A DNA stretch of 64,000 nt from Polyangiales bacterium (GTDB lineage: Bacteria; Myxococcota_A; Polyangia; Polyangiales; Polyangiaceae), in NCBI GenBank assembly GCA_038230375.1, contig JBBRNJ010000022.1, forward strand, positions 32,001-96,000, given 5' to 3'. A program made the position numbers and the translations under genes. Of the stretch, positions 18,684-29,616 are shown in pieces; position 1 is the first letter of the stretch; each line of letters starts with the position of its first letter. Below the pieces are notes generated by a model. The model was given only the letters and a program-made list of their open reading frames with translations, did no database searches and was not told the DNA's origin.

Positions 18684-21164
18684 ATGGACAAGACCATCCA
18701 ACCCGGCAACGTCATCGCCGGCAAATACACCGTCGAGACCGTACTCGGCGTCGGCGGCATGGGCATGGTCGTGAAGGCGCGGCAATCGGGGCTCGATCGC
18801 CCTGTCGCCATCAAGCTCCTCCTTGGCGCGTTCCGCGAGCGCAAGGACATCGTCGAGCGCTTCTACCGCGAGGCCAAGGCAGCGGCGCGCGTCCGCAGCG
18901 AGCATGTGGCGCAGGTCTTCGACGTGGGCACCACCGAGGAGGGCGACCCGTACCTTGCGATGGAGTTCCTGGAGGGGGAGGACCTGGACCGGCGGCTGGA
19001 GCGCGAGCACCGCTTCACTCTGGCGGCGGCCGCAACGTACATGCAGCAGACATGCATGGGCGTGGCGGAGGCGCATGCGGCGCGAATCGTCCATCGCGAC
19101 CTGAAGCCCGCGAACCTGTTCGTCGCCCAGAGCAACAAGGGTCGCACGCTTGTGAAGGTCATCGACTTCGGCATCTCGAAGGTCGATGAGGGTCCGTCGA
19201 CGCTCACGCAGACCGGCGGGTCCATGGGCACCGTCTACTACATGGCGCCCGAGCAGATCGAGAACCCCAAGGCGGTGGATGGGCGCTCCGATGTCTGGGC
19301 GCTCGGCGTCATCTTCCACCAGTTCCTCACCGGCGAGGTCCCGTACGGCGGCGACACCATGCCCATGGTGATCGCCAGCGTCCTCAAGAACAAGCGCAAG
19401 CCGGCGCACACGATCGTGCCGGGCCTTCCGCCCGAAGTTGACCAGATCATCGAGCGATGTCTGCAGCACGATCCGGCCATGCGATTCCAATCCGCGCAAG
19501 AGCTCGGTGAGGCGATCGCGGCGCTCGTTTCGGATCCGAGCTCGTCGTACGTGGCGGCGCGGATGCGGGCATCGCCGGATGCGCGCGCCCCGAGCGCCTC
19601 AGGGCACTCCAGCTCCGTACCCGACCTGATGATCCCGGATCGCGCGAGCGGCAACGGCCCAGGCAGCGCCGGTGGCCTGGGCATAGCGCAGACGCAGGCC
19701 GCAGCGTCATCGAGTTCATCGATGAGAGGCAACGCCTCCATCGAGCTCGATGGCGACGACGACGCCGGCCTCCAGCTCGAGATCGACGACCCTCGCGTGC
19801 GCTCACACGTTCCCCCTGGCGCGGGCTTCAACGTGGCGGGCATGCAGGGCGCCAGCATGCACGCCAGCGCGAAGTCAAGCTCACCGCGGCTTCCCGCGAA
19901 CCCGGCATCCAATCCTGGCTCGCCTTCAGGTTCGCTGATTCGCACGGACGAGCCCGTGCACCGCTCGCTTGTTGCAACGAGCCCGATCCGCCGCTCCAGC
20001 CCGAAGCCCATCGCGCTCATCTTCGGCGGCGTCTTTGCGGTGGTGGTGGCGCTTGGCCTCGGACTCGTTGTCGGCCTTCCACGCATGGCAACATCCTCAC
20101 TGCAAAGTTCCCTCGTGGCGGGCGGCATCAACGCAACCTTTGACGGCGCGCGCTTCGCAGGAACTGGGGTCGAGCTCACCAACATCGACGCCACCATCGC
20201 GGCGCTCAACGGAACCGTCGTCCACGCGCGGAAGGGTCGGCTGTCGTTCGGCGCGGGCGACCTCACGCTCAAGGAAGTAGACGTGGTCTCGCAGGCGCCA
20301 CTCGACGAGGTCGCGCGCATCTGGGACGCCAGTGACCCCTCCTTGCCGCGGACCCTCCGCATGGAGGACACGCACCTGCACCAGACGCTCTGGAACAACA
20401 TCGTGCTGGATGTGACGGGCGCGCTTGTCGTGGACACCACGGTGAGCGGGGGCGCGCGCACGCTGACTGTCTCGTCGCAGAACGCCACCCTGCAGACCCC
20501 CGTTGGCACGTACGGTCCGTTCCCGCTGTTGCTCGAGCGCGGCGCCGACAAGACGGTGCTTGCGCTGGGCGCGAAGGACGGCGCAGGCCTCGAGATGACG
20601 TGGTCCGCCACATCGACGGAGCTCAAGGCGCACGCGCCGCGCGCGCAGTACGCACTCCCGGTGAAAGCACTCGGACTGTTCACCGAAGACGCCGTGGAGC
20701 TGTCACTCGATCTCACCGCGACCAACGACATCACGGGCGACATGGGCGGCAAGGGCAGCGTCCACGTATGGAACGCGAAGCTCGGGTCCGGGAGGGTCGA
20801 CGTTGCATGGGACTTCCAGGTCGGTGGCAAGGACAACGACGTTGCTCTGAAGACCACGAAGGCCACCGTTGGCCCGTTCAGTGGAGACCTTCGCGGTGAG
20901 TGGAATGGCGCGGACCAGAAGAAGGCGTACCTCAAGTTCCACACGGACACGATCCCCTGCTCGGAGGTAGCACGGCTCCACCAGAGCCACGGGACGTCCG
21001 CACAGATCCTCTCCAGCCTCGCCGACTATGCTGGTCTCGCGGCCACCACGGGCACCGCGGCCGCCTCTGGCGTGGTCACCGTGAACCTGGAGTCCCCGCC
21101 CCGCGCGTGGGCGAGCATCTCCAAGAACGACACGTGCGGGCTCCAGATCTTCCCAGGCAAATGA
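18684..21164 (+). CDS. Hanks-type Ser/Thr kinase with TM helix and extracytoplasmic beta-rich domain
   Basis: GVGGMG, VAIK, HRDLKPAN, DFG, YMAPEQ; TM IFGGVFAVVVALGLGLVVG. Confidence 0.93.
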   Translation: MDKTIQPGNVIAGKYTVETVLGVGGMGMVVKARQSGLDRPVAIKLLLGAFRERKDIVERFYREAKAAARVRSEHVAQVFDVGTTEEGDPYLAMEFLEGEDLDRRLEREHRFTLAAAATYMQQTCMGVAEAHAARIVHRDLKPANLFVAQSNKGRTLVKVIDFGISKVDEGPSTLTQTGGSMGTVYYMAPEQIENPKAVDGRSDVWALGVIFHQFLTGEVPYGGDTMPMVIASVLKNKRKPAHTIVPGLPPEVDQIIERCLQHDPAMRFQSAQELGEAIAALVSDPSSSYVAARMRASPDARAPSASGHSSSVPDLMIPDRASGNGPGSAGGLGIAQTQAAASSSSSMRGNASIELDGDDDAGLQLEIDDPRVRSHVPPGAGFNVAGMQGASMHASAKSSSPRLPANPASNPGSPSGSLIRTDEPVHRSLVATSPIRRSSPKPIALIFGGVFAVVVALGLGLVVGLPRMATSSLQSSLVAGGINATFDGARFAGTGVELTNIDATIAALNGTVVHARKGRLSFGAGDLTLKEVDVVSQAPLDEVARIWDASDPSLPRTLRMEDTHLHQTLWNNIVLDVTGALVVDTTVSGGARTLTVSSQNATLQTPVGTYGPFPLLLERGADKTVLALGAKDGAGLEMTWSATSTELKAHAPRAQYALPVKALGLFTEDAVELSLDLTATNDITGDMGGKGSVHVWNAKLGSGRVDVAWDFQVGGKDNDVALKTTKATVGPFSGDLRGEWNGADQKKAYLKFHTDTIPCSEVARLHQSHGTSAQILSSLADYAGLAATTGTAAASGVVTVNLESPPRAWASISKNDTCGLQIFPGK

Positions 21165-22828
21165 CCATTCGCGAAAAGCTACTGACCTTCGCCGACGACA
21201 TCCGCCGCACTCCCGCACGCGCGCGTGCAATCCACGCGATGAACTTCTCCAGCGGTCTCGTATGGGAGATGTCCGCGCGCGGCATCCAGACGGCGGCGCA
21301 GAACCTGCTCCTGGGCGGGACCAACCCGGCGCTGATCTACCGCATCCACGGCCAGAACACGCCGCAGAAGCCCGCGATCATCTACCGGGATGCGGTGACC
21401 ACATTCGCCGAGCTCGACTCGCTCGTCGACAGGCTCGCCCACGGCCTCACCCGACGGGGCGTGCGCAGGGGGCAGAGCTTCCTGTTGCTCATGAAGAACA
21501 AGGTGGAGCTCGTTGCGCTCGCCATTGCCGCCACGCGCATCGGCGCTTCGGCCGTGAGCGCATCGTGGCGCGCCACGGGCGCAGAGCTCGCATACCTGGT
21601 GGAGAACTCACGCGCGCGCGCGATCGTGTTCGACCACGAGCTCGCTGCCACCGTGGACGCAGCGGACCTTGCGACCATCGCGCCCACCATTGCGCGCTTC
21701 GCCGTGGGCGGACGCGTGAAGGGTGCAGATCTCCTGTCCGAGCTCGTGGATGGCGCACCTTCGGCGACCTACGCGGCAGAGAAGGGCGCTGACGACGACG
21801 CGGCCGTTGTCATCTACACGTCCGGCACCACCGGCAAGCCCAAGGGCGCGGTCCGCAAGTTCCCGAAGGACGCGTTCACGCAGGCATGCACGTTCATCTC
21901 TTCCACGCCCATGCGCACGGATGACGTGCACCTTGTCACCTGCCCGCTCTATCACTCCACGGCGTTCGGGTTCCTGTCACTCTCTCATCTGCTCGGCTGC
22001 ACCGCCGTGATCATGGACGAGTACAAGCCGCAGGCGTTCATGGATGCGGTGGAGAAGCACAAGGTCACCACCGTGGCCATCGTCCCCACCATGCTGCAGC
22101 GCCTGATGGACTCCGGACCCGAGGTCCTGCGGAGCCGTGAGACGCGCTCTCTGCGCGCCGTCTTTTCTGGCGGAGCGGCGCTGTCGGCCCCGCTGGCCAC
22201 GGCCTTCATGGACGAGTTCGGAGATGTACTCTACAACTTTTACGGAGCCACCGAGACCGGCCTTGTGACGCTCGCCTCGCCGCGCGACCTGCGTGATGCG
22301 CCCGGCACGATCGGCCGCACGCTGCCCGGCAACCACATCAAGCTGCTGGACGACAGCGGCCACGAGACGCAAGGCACCGGCGAGCTGTACGTGAAGAACG
22401 ACCTTCTTGTCGCTGGCTACTACGGCGACGAGGCCGCCACGAACGACAGCATGAAGGACGGATACTTCTCCGTGGGCGACCTTGCGCGCAAGGATCGCGA
22501 CGGTCGCTACTTCATCGACGGTCGCAAGCGCGACATGATCATCAGCGGCGGCGTGAACGTGTACCCCGCGGAGGTGGAGGGCGCACTGGAGGCACACCCC
22601 GATATCGTGGAGGTCGCGGTCGTCGGCGTGCCGGACCGCGAGTGGGGTGAGAAGGTTCGCGCCTTCGCCGTGCTGCGCCCCGGCTCCACACTGGATGAGG
22701 CCGGGCTGAAGCACTACGCAAAGGAGCGATTGTCCGGCGCCAAGGTGCCGCGCGACATCGTCTTCCTGGAAGCGCTACCCCGGAATCCCACGGGAAAAGT
22801 GCTGAAACGCGAGCTGCGCGAGCGCTGA
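21161..22828 (+). CDS. AMP-dependent acyl-CoA synthetase
   Basis: YTSGTTGKPKG, YGATE, GD, GRKRDMIISGG, PRNPTGK; ATG 21161 overlaps the kinase TGA. Confidence 0.93.
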   Translation: MTIREKLLTFADDIRRTPARARAIHAMNFSSGLVWEMSARGIQTAAQNLLLGGTNPALIYRIHGQNTPQKPAIIYRDAVTTFAELDSLVDRLAHGLTRRGVRRGQSFLLLMKNKVELVALAIAATRIGASAVSASWRATGAELAYLVENSRARAIVFDHELAATVDAADLATIAPTIARFAVGGRVKGADLLSELVDGAPSATYAAEKGADDDAAVVIYTSGTTGKPKGAVRKFPKDAFTQACTFISSTPMRTDDVHLVTCPLYHSTAFGFLSLSHLLGCTAVIMDEYKPQAFMDAVEKHKVTTVAIVPTMLQRLMDSGPEVLRSRETRSLRAVFSGGAALSAPLATAFMDEFGDVLYNFYGATETGLVTLASPRDLRDAPGTIGRTLPGNHIKLLDDSGHETQGTGELYVKNDLLVAGYYGDEAATNDSMKDGYFSVGDLARKDRDGRYFIDGRKRDMIISGGVNVYPAEVEGALEAHPDIVEVAVVGVPDREWGEKVRAFAVLRPGSTLDEAGLKHYAKERLSGAKVPRDIVFLEALPRNPTGKVLKRELRER

Positions 22829-22873
22829 CCCGAGCTGCGCAGGCGCCTCCCCCAAGAATAACGTGGGCAACCG

Positions 22874-22898
22874 GGAACCTTCCGGGCGCGCGCGCGTG
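22874..22898 (+). promoter_or_regulatory. Putative ECF-sigma (autoregulatory) promoter
   Basis: GGAAC-N16-CGTG ending 10 nt before the ECF gene start. Confidence 0.45.
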
Positions 22899-22908
22899 AC
22901 ACTCGGCG

Positions 22909-23523
22909 ATGATGGCGATCGCCATGAGCGAAGTGTTCCCGAGAAGGGCCGAGAGGGGCGTACCGCCCGGTCTCGACGCCGCTGTCCTCACGCGATGTCG
23001 CGCGCAGGACCCGGTCGCCTTTCGCGCGTTCGTGGTGCGCTACCAGAACATGGTCTTCGCGCTGCTGTCGCGCATGCTCGGCCACGGCGCGGAGGTGGAG
23101 GACCTGGCGCAGGAGACGTTCATGCGTGCGTACCGCGCCTTCCCGACGTTCGAGCTCGACGGCGCGGCGAAGGCCTCCACGTGGCTCCTGACGATCGCAA
23201 CGCGGCTCGCGCTCGACTCGCGCCGGAAGAAGAAGCTTCACCTGGCGGATCTGGATGAAACGGATGTCGCGGAGGTGGCGGTCGCGCCCGGAACGCCAGA
23301 GCAGTCGCTTCACCACAGGCAGCTGGGGCTGGCGATCTCGCGCGTTGCGGCCACCTTGCCGGACGATCAACGCGCGGCGCTTCTCCTGTGCGAGGTGCAT
23401 GGGTTGTCGATCACGGAGATCGCCTCCGCGCTCCTCGTGCCCGAGAACACTGCCAAGACGCGCCTGTTTCGCGCGCGCGAAAAGATGCGTGAGGCGCTGG
23501 CCGGAGAATGGAGGACGCCGTGA
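22909..23523 (+). CDS. ECF RNA polymerase sigma factor
   Basis: EDLAQETF, STWLLTIA (region 2); EIASALLVPENTAKTRLFRAR (region 4). Confidence 0.93.
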   Translation: MMAIAMSEVFPRRAERGVPPGLDAAVLTRCRAQDPVAFRAFVVRYQNMVFALLSRMLGHGAEVEDLAQETFMRAYRAFPTFELDGAAKASTWLLTIATRLALDSRRKKKLHLADLDETDVAEVAVAPGTPEQSLHHRQLGLAISRVAATLPDDQRAALLLCEVHGLSITEIASALLVPENTAKTRLFRAREKMREALAGEWRTP

Positions 23524-24968
23524 GCGTGAACGAGCATGAGCCGCTCGAAGAGGGCGCGCTGGACGCGTGGGAGCCGCAGCTGCCACCCGCGAATTTCGCG
23601 GACCGCGTGATGTCAGGCGTCGGTGACGCCAACGCTCCGATGGAGCAGGCGAAGCCGGCCACGAACGTGGTCCAGCTACGCAGCCGTTCGCGCTGGCGTG
23701 GCGCCGCGCTCGCAGCTGCCGCCATGGTGGCGATCGCAGCGGCGGTCTTCGTGAAGGTGGACACAACGCCGCTCCACGGCGAGGCCATCGCCGCAGACCA
23801 TCGCATCGAGGTGGCCATCGGCGGAAACAGGGCAGCGCGCGCGAAGGCCGTGCTGGAGCCCGGCGCACACGTGGTGTGGGACGGTGACCTGGTCACGCAG
23901 GACAGCGGCGACGTGTTCTACCGCGTGGAGCCGGGCGCGAAGTTTCGCGTGCACACGCCAGCTGGTGACGTGGACGTGTTGGGAACTTGCTTCGCCGTGA
24001 AGGTGCGAGGCGGAGGACAGGAACGGAGCGGAGACATGCAGAAGCGAGACATGAAATCTGGAGTGGTGGGCGCGGCGCTTTCGGCGATGGCGTTCGTGGC
24101 GGTCTACGAAGGCAAGGTGGCCGTGTCGCACGCAAGCGAGCATGTGGACCTGGTCGCGGGCGAGAGCGCACAGATCGGCCCCGAGGGCGCCACCAGGAGC
24201 ACCAGCGCCGACCTTGGAAAGAAGGCCTTCGACGAGAAGGTCGCCGCGCAAGGAAGTGATCCCGTCAGCGTCGCGAACGGCAACCTGGTGTCGCAGGTGC
24301 AGGACTACAAGCAGCGCCTGGAGGCGCTCGCCGCGCAGAAGACCGACGTGGAGAAGAAGCTCGACGCGACGGAGAAGAAGCTCGCGAGCGCGACCGACGG
24401 CGGGCCTCCGCGCAACCGGAGCGAGTACGAGCTGGACTCGGAGGACTGGGCCGACCTGGCAAAGCGCGGGAAGATCAAGTACCGCACGCCGTGCCTGAAG
24501 GCGGACAGCGCGACCACCACGGACAAGCTCTCGGCCCTTGGGCTGTCGCCTGAGGACGGCGCAGTGCTGAAGGGCGCGTATGGTCGTTCGTACGATCGCA
24601 TCTGGGGCATGGTGAGACCGCTTTGCCTGCAAGCACTCGGAACGTCCGAGGCGATCGTCGACAAGATCGGCGTGAACCAGTGCATTCATCTCGTCTACGA
24701 CCTGGCATCGCAGGCGGACCGCGACGGCACGAGCGAGGCGCACATCCAGGTCGCCGAGATCCGCGCAGGTATCCGTCCGGAGCCGCCGGTGGACAAGCAG
24801 CCCGCGACCATGAAGATGATGCTGGCGCTCACGGCCGAACAGGGCGCGTTCGAGTCGGACCTGGCGAGGACCATGGGTCCGGAAGAGGCGCATCGCGTGG
24901 CCTGGTCAGACGACATCTGCGTGTCGAACAACTCCTGGGGCACGGCGCCGCGCGGCAGCAAGAAGTAA
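23520..24968 (+). CDS. FecR-domain anti-sigma factor
   Basis: GTGA overlap with the sigma gene; TM; FRVHTPAGDVDVLGTCF and VAVYEGKVAV; coiled coil. Confidence 0.8.
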   Translation: MSVNEHEPLEEGALDAWEPQLPPANFADRVMSGVGDANAPMEQAKPATNVVQLRSRSRWRGAALAAAAMVAIAAAVFVKVDTTPLHGEAIAADHRIEVAIGGNRAARAKAVLEPGAHVVWDGDLVTQDSGDVFYRVEPGAKFRVHTPAGDVDVLGTCFAVKVRGGGQERSGDMQKRDMKSGVVGAALSAMAFVAVYEGKVAVSHASEHVDLVAGESAQIGPEGATRSTSADLGKKAFDEKVAAQGSDPVSVANGNLVSQVQDYKQRLEALAAQKTDVEKKLDATEKKLASATDGGPPRNRSEYELDSEDWADLAKRGKIKYRTPCLKADSATTTDKLSALGLSPEDGAVLKGAYGRSYDRIWGMVRPLCLQALGTSEAIVDKIGVNQCIHLVYDLASQADRDGTSEAHIQVAEIRAGIRPEPPVDKQPATMKMMLALTAEQGAFESDLARTMGPEEAHRVAWSDDICVSNNSWGTAPRGSKK

Positions 24969-25005
24969 CGCTGCCAAGCCTGGGAAAATCGCCTACGATC
25001 AGCGG

Positions 25006-26298
25006 ATGGGGGTTTCCCGTTCTCACCTTGTCGTTGCTTGCGTGCTGGTGTCCGTTGCCGGCGCGATCGTGATCGCCTGCAGCTCCTCATCGGGCGGTGC
25101 GATCCCCGACACCATCGACTCCGCCGTTCCTGACACGGGCGTCGTCGTGGACACGGGCGTGGATGCGCCCGAGTGCGTCGCCGACCTCATGACGGACGCA
25201 AAGAACTGCGGCAGGTGCGGACGTGATTGCGGCGCAGGGAGCGCGTGCAGCGCCGGTCTCTGCGCAGCGGTGCAGCTCGGCATGGTGTCGTCGCCCGTGA
25301 CGGCGCTCGTTGCGGGCTCCACGCGCATCTACTGGGAAGCAAGCGGCGTGTTCGGCTGCCTGAAGTCTGGCTGCGGGGGGGCGCCCACCACACTGGTCTC
25401 GCAAGCGGCTGCGAACGGCGGCATCGAGACCACCACGCTGGGCGACGAGATCGTCTACTTCACCATCGCGGGAGCGCCCGGCCATGTGGGGCGCTGCAAT
25501 CCGGGCGGCACGTGCACGGACGACCACGTCACGGTCGACCTCGCGAATCCCTCACGCGTGATCGCCACCACCACGGACCTCTTCATCGCGACCGACTACA
25601 CCGGAGACGGCGGCACTAGCGATGCTGGATCCACTGACGCGAGCGCACCGGACGGAGGCGACGCGGGCGAAGGCGGCACCAGCGTTCTGGTGCCCGGCGG
25701 CGCGGTGGTGCGCGCCACGCTCGCAGGGGCCGGGCAGACGCCCGGGCAGGTCGCGCCCGCAAAGAACGTCCTCGGCTTCGCGTTCGCAGGCAGCACGTTG
25801 ATGTGGACCGATCGCGTGTCGGGCATCACCGTGTGCAAGCTGCCGTGCGCAGATCCGCCGCCGATCGCGGCTTCTGGCACGGGCGTGAGCGCGCCGCCGT
25901 CCGGCCGTCCGGCCATTGCGGCCGGTGTTGCGTTCTGGCCCACGTCGGAAGGCGGCATCGTGCGCTGCAACCCGCAGAGCTGCGCGAGCACGCGCGACCA
26001 GTTCCTTGCAGCCGATCCCGAGCGCGTCGTGGGCGACCTCGCGTCGGACGGGCAGACGCTCTACTTCGCGCTGGTCAGCACCACACGGACGAGCGCGCCT
26101 GCGCAGGCGAGCGGTCAGATCGCGTCGTGCGCGGTGGGCGCGGCCACGTGCGTCCCCGCGCCGCTCGCCACATCCCTCCCCTCGCCGAATCGCATCTCGA
26201 TCGACGGCGCGGCCATCTACTGGGCGAACGGCAGCGACAGCACGGACGGCGCGTTCAAGGCGCTGCCGGGCAGCGCGGTCCTTCGCGTCACGCGCTGA
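25006..26298 (+). CDS. Cys-rich lipoprotein with beta-propeller-like repeats
   Basis: VIAC lipobox; DAKNCGRCG..C; IYW repeats. Confidence 0.8.
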   Translation: MGVSRSHLVVACVLVSVAGAIVIACSSSSGGAIPDTIDSAVPDTGVVVDTGVDAPECVADLMTDAKNCGRCGRDCGAGSACSAGLCAAVQLGMVSSPVTALVAGSTRIYWEASGVFGCLKSGCGGAPTTLVSQAAANGGIETTTLGDEIVYFTIAGAPGHVGRCNPGGTCTDDHVTVDLANPSRVIATTTDLFIATDYTGDGGTSDAGSTDASAPDGGDAGEGGTSVLVPGGAVVRATLAGAGQTPGQVAPAKNVLGFAFAGSTLMWTDRVSGITVCKLPCADPPPIAASGTGVSAPPSGRPAIAAGVAFWPTSEGGIVRCNPQSCASTRDQFLAADPERVVGDLASDGQTLYFALVSTTRTSAPAQASGQIASCAVGAATCVPAPLATSLPSPNRISIDGAAIYWANGSDSTDGAFKALPGSAVLRVTR

Positions 26299-26302
26299 GG
26301 AC

Positions 26303-27127
26303 ATGGCTCATCGCGTCGCCCCGCTTCGCCTCGCGCTCCTGGCGTCGGCTCTCGGCTTGATCGTGCCGCTCGGCTGCAGCGCGCTCGTGGAGTTCGGTGG
26401 GCTCGTCGGCACCACCGGCGACGCGGGCGGAAGCAACGCACAGACCGACGCCGCCCCGGACGCACCCGTGCTCGCGGACGCAGACACGCCCACCACCGAC
26501 GCCGGCGCGGATCCGGACGCGCCGTTCTGCCCGCAGAGCGGAGTGATGCTCTGCGACGATTTCGATCAGGGTGTGAACCGCATGCTTCCGGGTCCGTGGG
26601 ACGACTCCAACATGGGCTCGTCTGGAACGCTCGTCGTCCAGGATCTTCGGTACGCCAGCCAACCAAGCGCGCTGCTGCTGAAGACAGACAACACCTCGTT
26701 GAACGTCAACCTCACGAAACATCTCGGCGCTGTGAAAGGCGCGGCTGTGGCGTTCGATGTCTTCATCGAGACGCGCGGCGGAAACCTCTCCATTGTCTCG
26801 TTCGCCATGAATGGCGCGTCGGCCCATCTCGGCCCGGGCGACCCCACGTACACGACGCTGGGCGAGGGCGCCTTCAAGCCCGACGGTGGGTACTTCTTCG
26901 ACGGCAAGGCCGGCACTCCCATCGCCACCGGGGCGTGGGTCCATGTGGTCTTCGACATGAACCTGGCAGCGGCGACCGTGACCGCTACCGTCGGCGCGAG
27001 CTCCGCATTCAAGAAGCCGCTCGTGCTCGGGGCGTGGACCGGCAACGCACTCGATGTCCACCTGGGCATGGGAGACACGAACGCCGCGACGATTTACTTC
27101 GACAACGTGACGATCACGACGCGTTGA
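26303..27127 (+). CDS. Lipoprotein with concanavalin/lectin-like domain
   Basis: ATG after GAGG; PLGC lipobox; LCDDFD, GAWVHV, IYFDNV. Confidence 0.75.
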   Translation: MAHRVAPLRLALLASALGLIVPLGCSALVEFGGLVGTTGDAGGSNAQTDAAPDAPVLADADTPTTDAGADPDAPFCPQSGVMLCDDFDQGVNRMLPGPWDDSNMGSSGTLVVQDLRYASQPSALLLKTDNTSLNVNLTKHLGAVKGAAVAFDVFIETRGGNLSIVSFAMNGASAHLGPGDPTYTTLGEGAFKPDGGYFFDGKAGTPIATGAWVHVVFDMNLAAATVTATVGASSAFKKPLVLGAWTGNALDVHLGMGDTNAATIYFDNVTITTR

Positions 27128-27151
27128 CCGTGGGTTCATCCGCAGATCGCA

Positions 27152-28297
27152 TCACCGCACCTGTGGTGCGCCGAAGACCCAGAAGCGGGCGGCGCGCGCG
27201 TCGGGTGCGTAGACGTTGCCGTGGGTGTCGGCGACGGCATTGCGCACGCCCTCCGACGTGGCACCGGTCGCGAGCAGCAGGAGCTGGCCCTTGTCGTCGA
27301 GCTTCGCGACCGTGACCTTCGCGGCTTTTCCCGCCGCCGCGTAGACCTTGCCGTCCACGAGATCGATGTTGTCCACGCCTGCGCCCGTATCGAGCTTGCC
27401 GAGCAGCGCGCCGTCATGGCCCGCGTCGAGCACCTGCAGGTGGTCGGTGCACGCCACGATCACGAAGCCACGTGCCGCGTCGAACGCGACACCGCGCGGG
27501 CCGTCCGCGGCGCAGCCAGGACTCCACGTGGACTTCACCGTGCGGGTCTTCGCATCGATCGCGAGCGTGCCGTCCTTGTCCTCGAGGTTCGTGAAGACCA
27601 GACCGTGCGCGCTGTCGACCGCAAAGCATTCCGGCGCGCCGTCCAGCTTGATCGTGGTCTTGAGCGCAAGCGCCGCCGGCTTCGATGCGTCGAAGATCGC
27701 GATGGATTGGTCCTTGGGCATCGTGACCCAGACCTCGTGCGTGGACCCGACGTAGACGAGGACATCGATGGCGTTCGCGGCCTTGGCGCACTTCCCGGGC
27801 TTCAAGGTCGCGGTTTCGACGGGGCAGACCTCGTTGGTCGCGCGATTGCCAACGTACATGAACTTGTCGCCGGTCGCGACCGCGCTCGGTCCCATCGTGC
27901 GCACCTTACCGTTCACCTCGCGCTCGACGGATTTGAAGCCGTCGACACGGCTGAAGGCACCGGACGCGATGTCGAACACGTCGACGCTTCCGGTGTTCCC
28001 GACGGGCACCCAGACATGCGAGCGAGCGGCGTCAATGGCGACGATGTCGATCGACACGGGCGCGGTGGCGCCGGGAAGCGGGATCGTCGTGCCCGTCATG
28101 GTGGGGGTGTCGGGCGCGGACGGCGCAACGGGCGCGGGCTCGGCGGCGGACGCGACCGGCGTCGGAGCGGTCGGCGCGGGCGCGGCAGTCGGAGTGGGGG
28201 TTGGCGTGGTGCTCGGAGAGGTCGCGGGCGACTGCTCCGCGGAAGGCCCGCCGCAGCCGGCGAGAACGAGTAGCACCAACGCCGTTCGAGAGTTCAT
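27152..28297 (-). CDS. YncE-like beta-propeller lipoprotein
   Basis: MNSRTALVLLVLAGC; Pro/Thr linker; propeller repeats. Confidence 0.75.
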   Translation of the reverse strand: MNSRTALVLLVLAGCGGPSAEQSPATSPSTTPTPTPTAAPAPTAPTPVASAAEPAPVAPSAPDTPTMTGTTIPLPGATAPVSIDIVAIDAARSHVWVPVGNTGSVDVFDIASGAFSRVDGFKSVEREVNGKVRTMGPSAVATGDKFMYVGNRATNEVCPVETATLKPGKCAKAANAIDVLVYVGSTHEVWVTMPKDQSIAIFDASKPAALALKTTIKLDGAPECFAVDSAHGLVFTNLEDKDGTLAIDAKTRTVKSTWSPGCAADGPRGVAFDAARGFVIVACTDHLQVLDAGHDGALLGKLDTGAGVDNIDLVDGKVYAAAGKAAKVTVAKLDDKGQLLLLATGATSEGVRNAVADTHGNVYAPDARAARFWVFGAPQVR

Positions 28298-28335
28298 CGC
28301 CTCGTCATACCTCAACGCGGGCGTCGGCATGCTCA

Positions 28336-29616
28336 TCACATCGGGCCCTGCGCGCATCGGCCGCCGGAGCAGAGCGCATCGCTCGGACACTCGGATGAGG
28401 TCCTGCAGGTGTCGCCATACCTTCGATCGTGAGGACTGCGCACGGACGGCGCTGCCGTCGGGGATGGCATCGGCGTGGTCGGCGCCGACGCGCTCGACGA
28501 AGGAGCGGGGGTGCCGGAGAGCGCGCGGATCGCGAACGCGGGTGGTTCCAGCTTTGGAGGTGCATCGCCCACGCCGACGAACGAGCGACCGAGCTCGCGT
28601 TCCAGCTCCAGCACCAGGTCCTGCTGGAGCGGCTCGAGCTGGTCGGATCGATACGAGATGTGCTCCGAGCTCATGGCGACCGCCTGCGACGCGCACACGA
28701 CCTTCTGCGTCGCAGGGTCCCAGGCGACGGCGTGAGCGACCGCGAACCCCGGATCGAATAGCATCGCGGGACGCGGCGTGGGATGGGTGAAGGCCTCGAG
28801 ATCGTCCTTGGGCGGCGGCGGCGGCGGTGCCACCTCGTGGGTCATCTTCGGATCGGCCCAGAAATCCACGAAAACGATGACGTCGATGCCCATGCCATCC
28901 GCTGCGAACGCGTTCATGCGCTCGAGGTAGTTCTTGTGATCGATCGCGCGGAGCGCCTTTGCTTCTGCGCGGAGCCGAGCGACGTCGTCCACGAGCGACA
29001 TGCTCGCCAGCGTGGGCGTCCTGTCCGAAGGCGCGGTCCTCAGCGGCGCGGGCGGCAGCACGAAGCGGTCTCCGTAGCCGCTGTTGTTCAGAGCGAGCGA
29101 TCCGCGAGGTATCTTGAGCGTGGCGAGCGGCGAGCGTGCTTCGGCGGGCGTGACGTCGATGAACGTCCAGCCGTACGCACCAGAGCTCTCCTCCAGCGAC
29201 CGGCTCTGATCCTTCTTGCGCAGATCCGGCCCAGGCACGCTTGCGTTGCAGCGGCCCAGATCGGCGCGCGCGCCGATCTCGCGATCCCTGATCCTTGGCC
29301 AGATCGCCGCGAACGCGGCCTGGCTCTTCTTCGCGTTGGCCTCGACGGTGCTCAAGGTATCGTCCACCTTCTTCTGCTCGGCGCTGGTGAGCGGCACCTT
29401 TCGATTGCGCCATTCCTCTTCGGCTATCGCGCCGATGATCGGACCGAAGCACGAGCCCAGCCCGACCGTGAGCAGCACGCCGAAGACACTCCACATCACG
29501 ATCTTCTTCCGCCTCGTCTGGCGATGAAGCTGCGCCTCGTAAGCGGACAGCTCGGCGAGCTCGGCGGAGGTCTGCTGCTGTCGAGAGTCGCGATAGCTCA
29601 CACGCCGAGTGTACAT
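28336..29616 (-). CDS. Hypothetical membrane-anchored protein with Cys-rich C-terminus
   Basis: TM IVMWSVFGVLLTVGLG; C-terminal CRTSSECPSDALCSGGRC. Confidence 0.7.
   Translation of the reverse strand: MYTRRVSYRDSRQQQTSAELAELSAYEAQLHRQTRRKKIVMWSVFGVLLTVGLGSCFGPIIGAIAEEEWRNRKVPLTSAEQKKVDDTLSTVEANAKKSQAAFAAIWPRIRDREIGARADLGRCNASVPGPDLRKKDQSRSLEESSGAYGWTFIDVTPAEARSPLATLKIPRGSLALNNSGYGDRFVLPPAPLRTAPSDRTPTLASMSLVDDVARLRAEAKALRAIDHKNYLERMNAFAADGMGIDVIVFVDFWADPKMTHEVAPPPPPPKDDLEAFTHPTPRPAMLFDPGFAVAHAVAWDPATQKVVCASQAVAMSSEHISYRSDQLEPLQQDLVLELERELGRSFVGVGDAPPKLEPPAFAIRALSGTPAPSSSASAPTTPMPSPTAAPSVRSPHDRRYGDTCRTSSECPSDALCSGGRCAQGPM

Noticed and set aside
20900..21160. N-terminal extension of the acyl-CoA synthetase (similarly 25916-26302 and 47602-47955)
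   Set aside because: These overlap adjacent genes in Arg/Pro-rich off-frames; coupled or RBS-supported downstream starts fit better.
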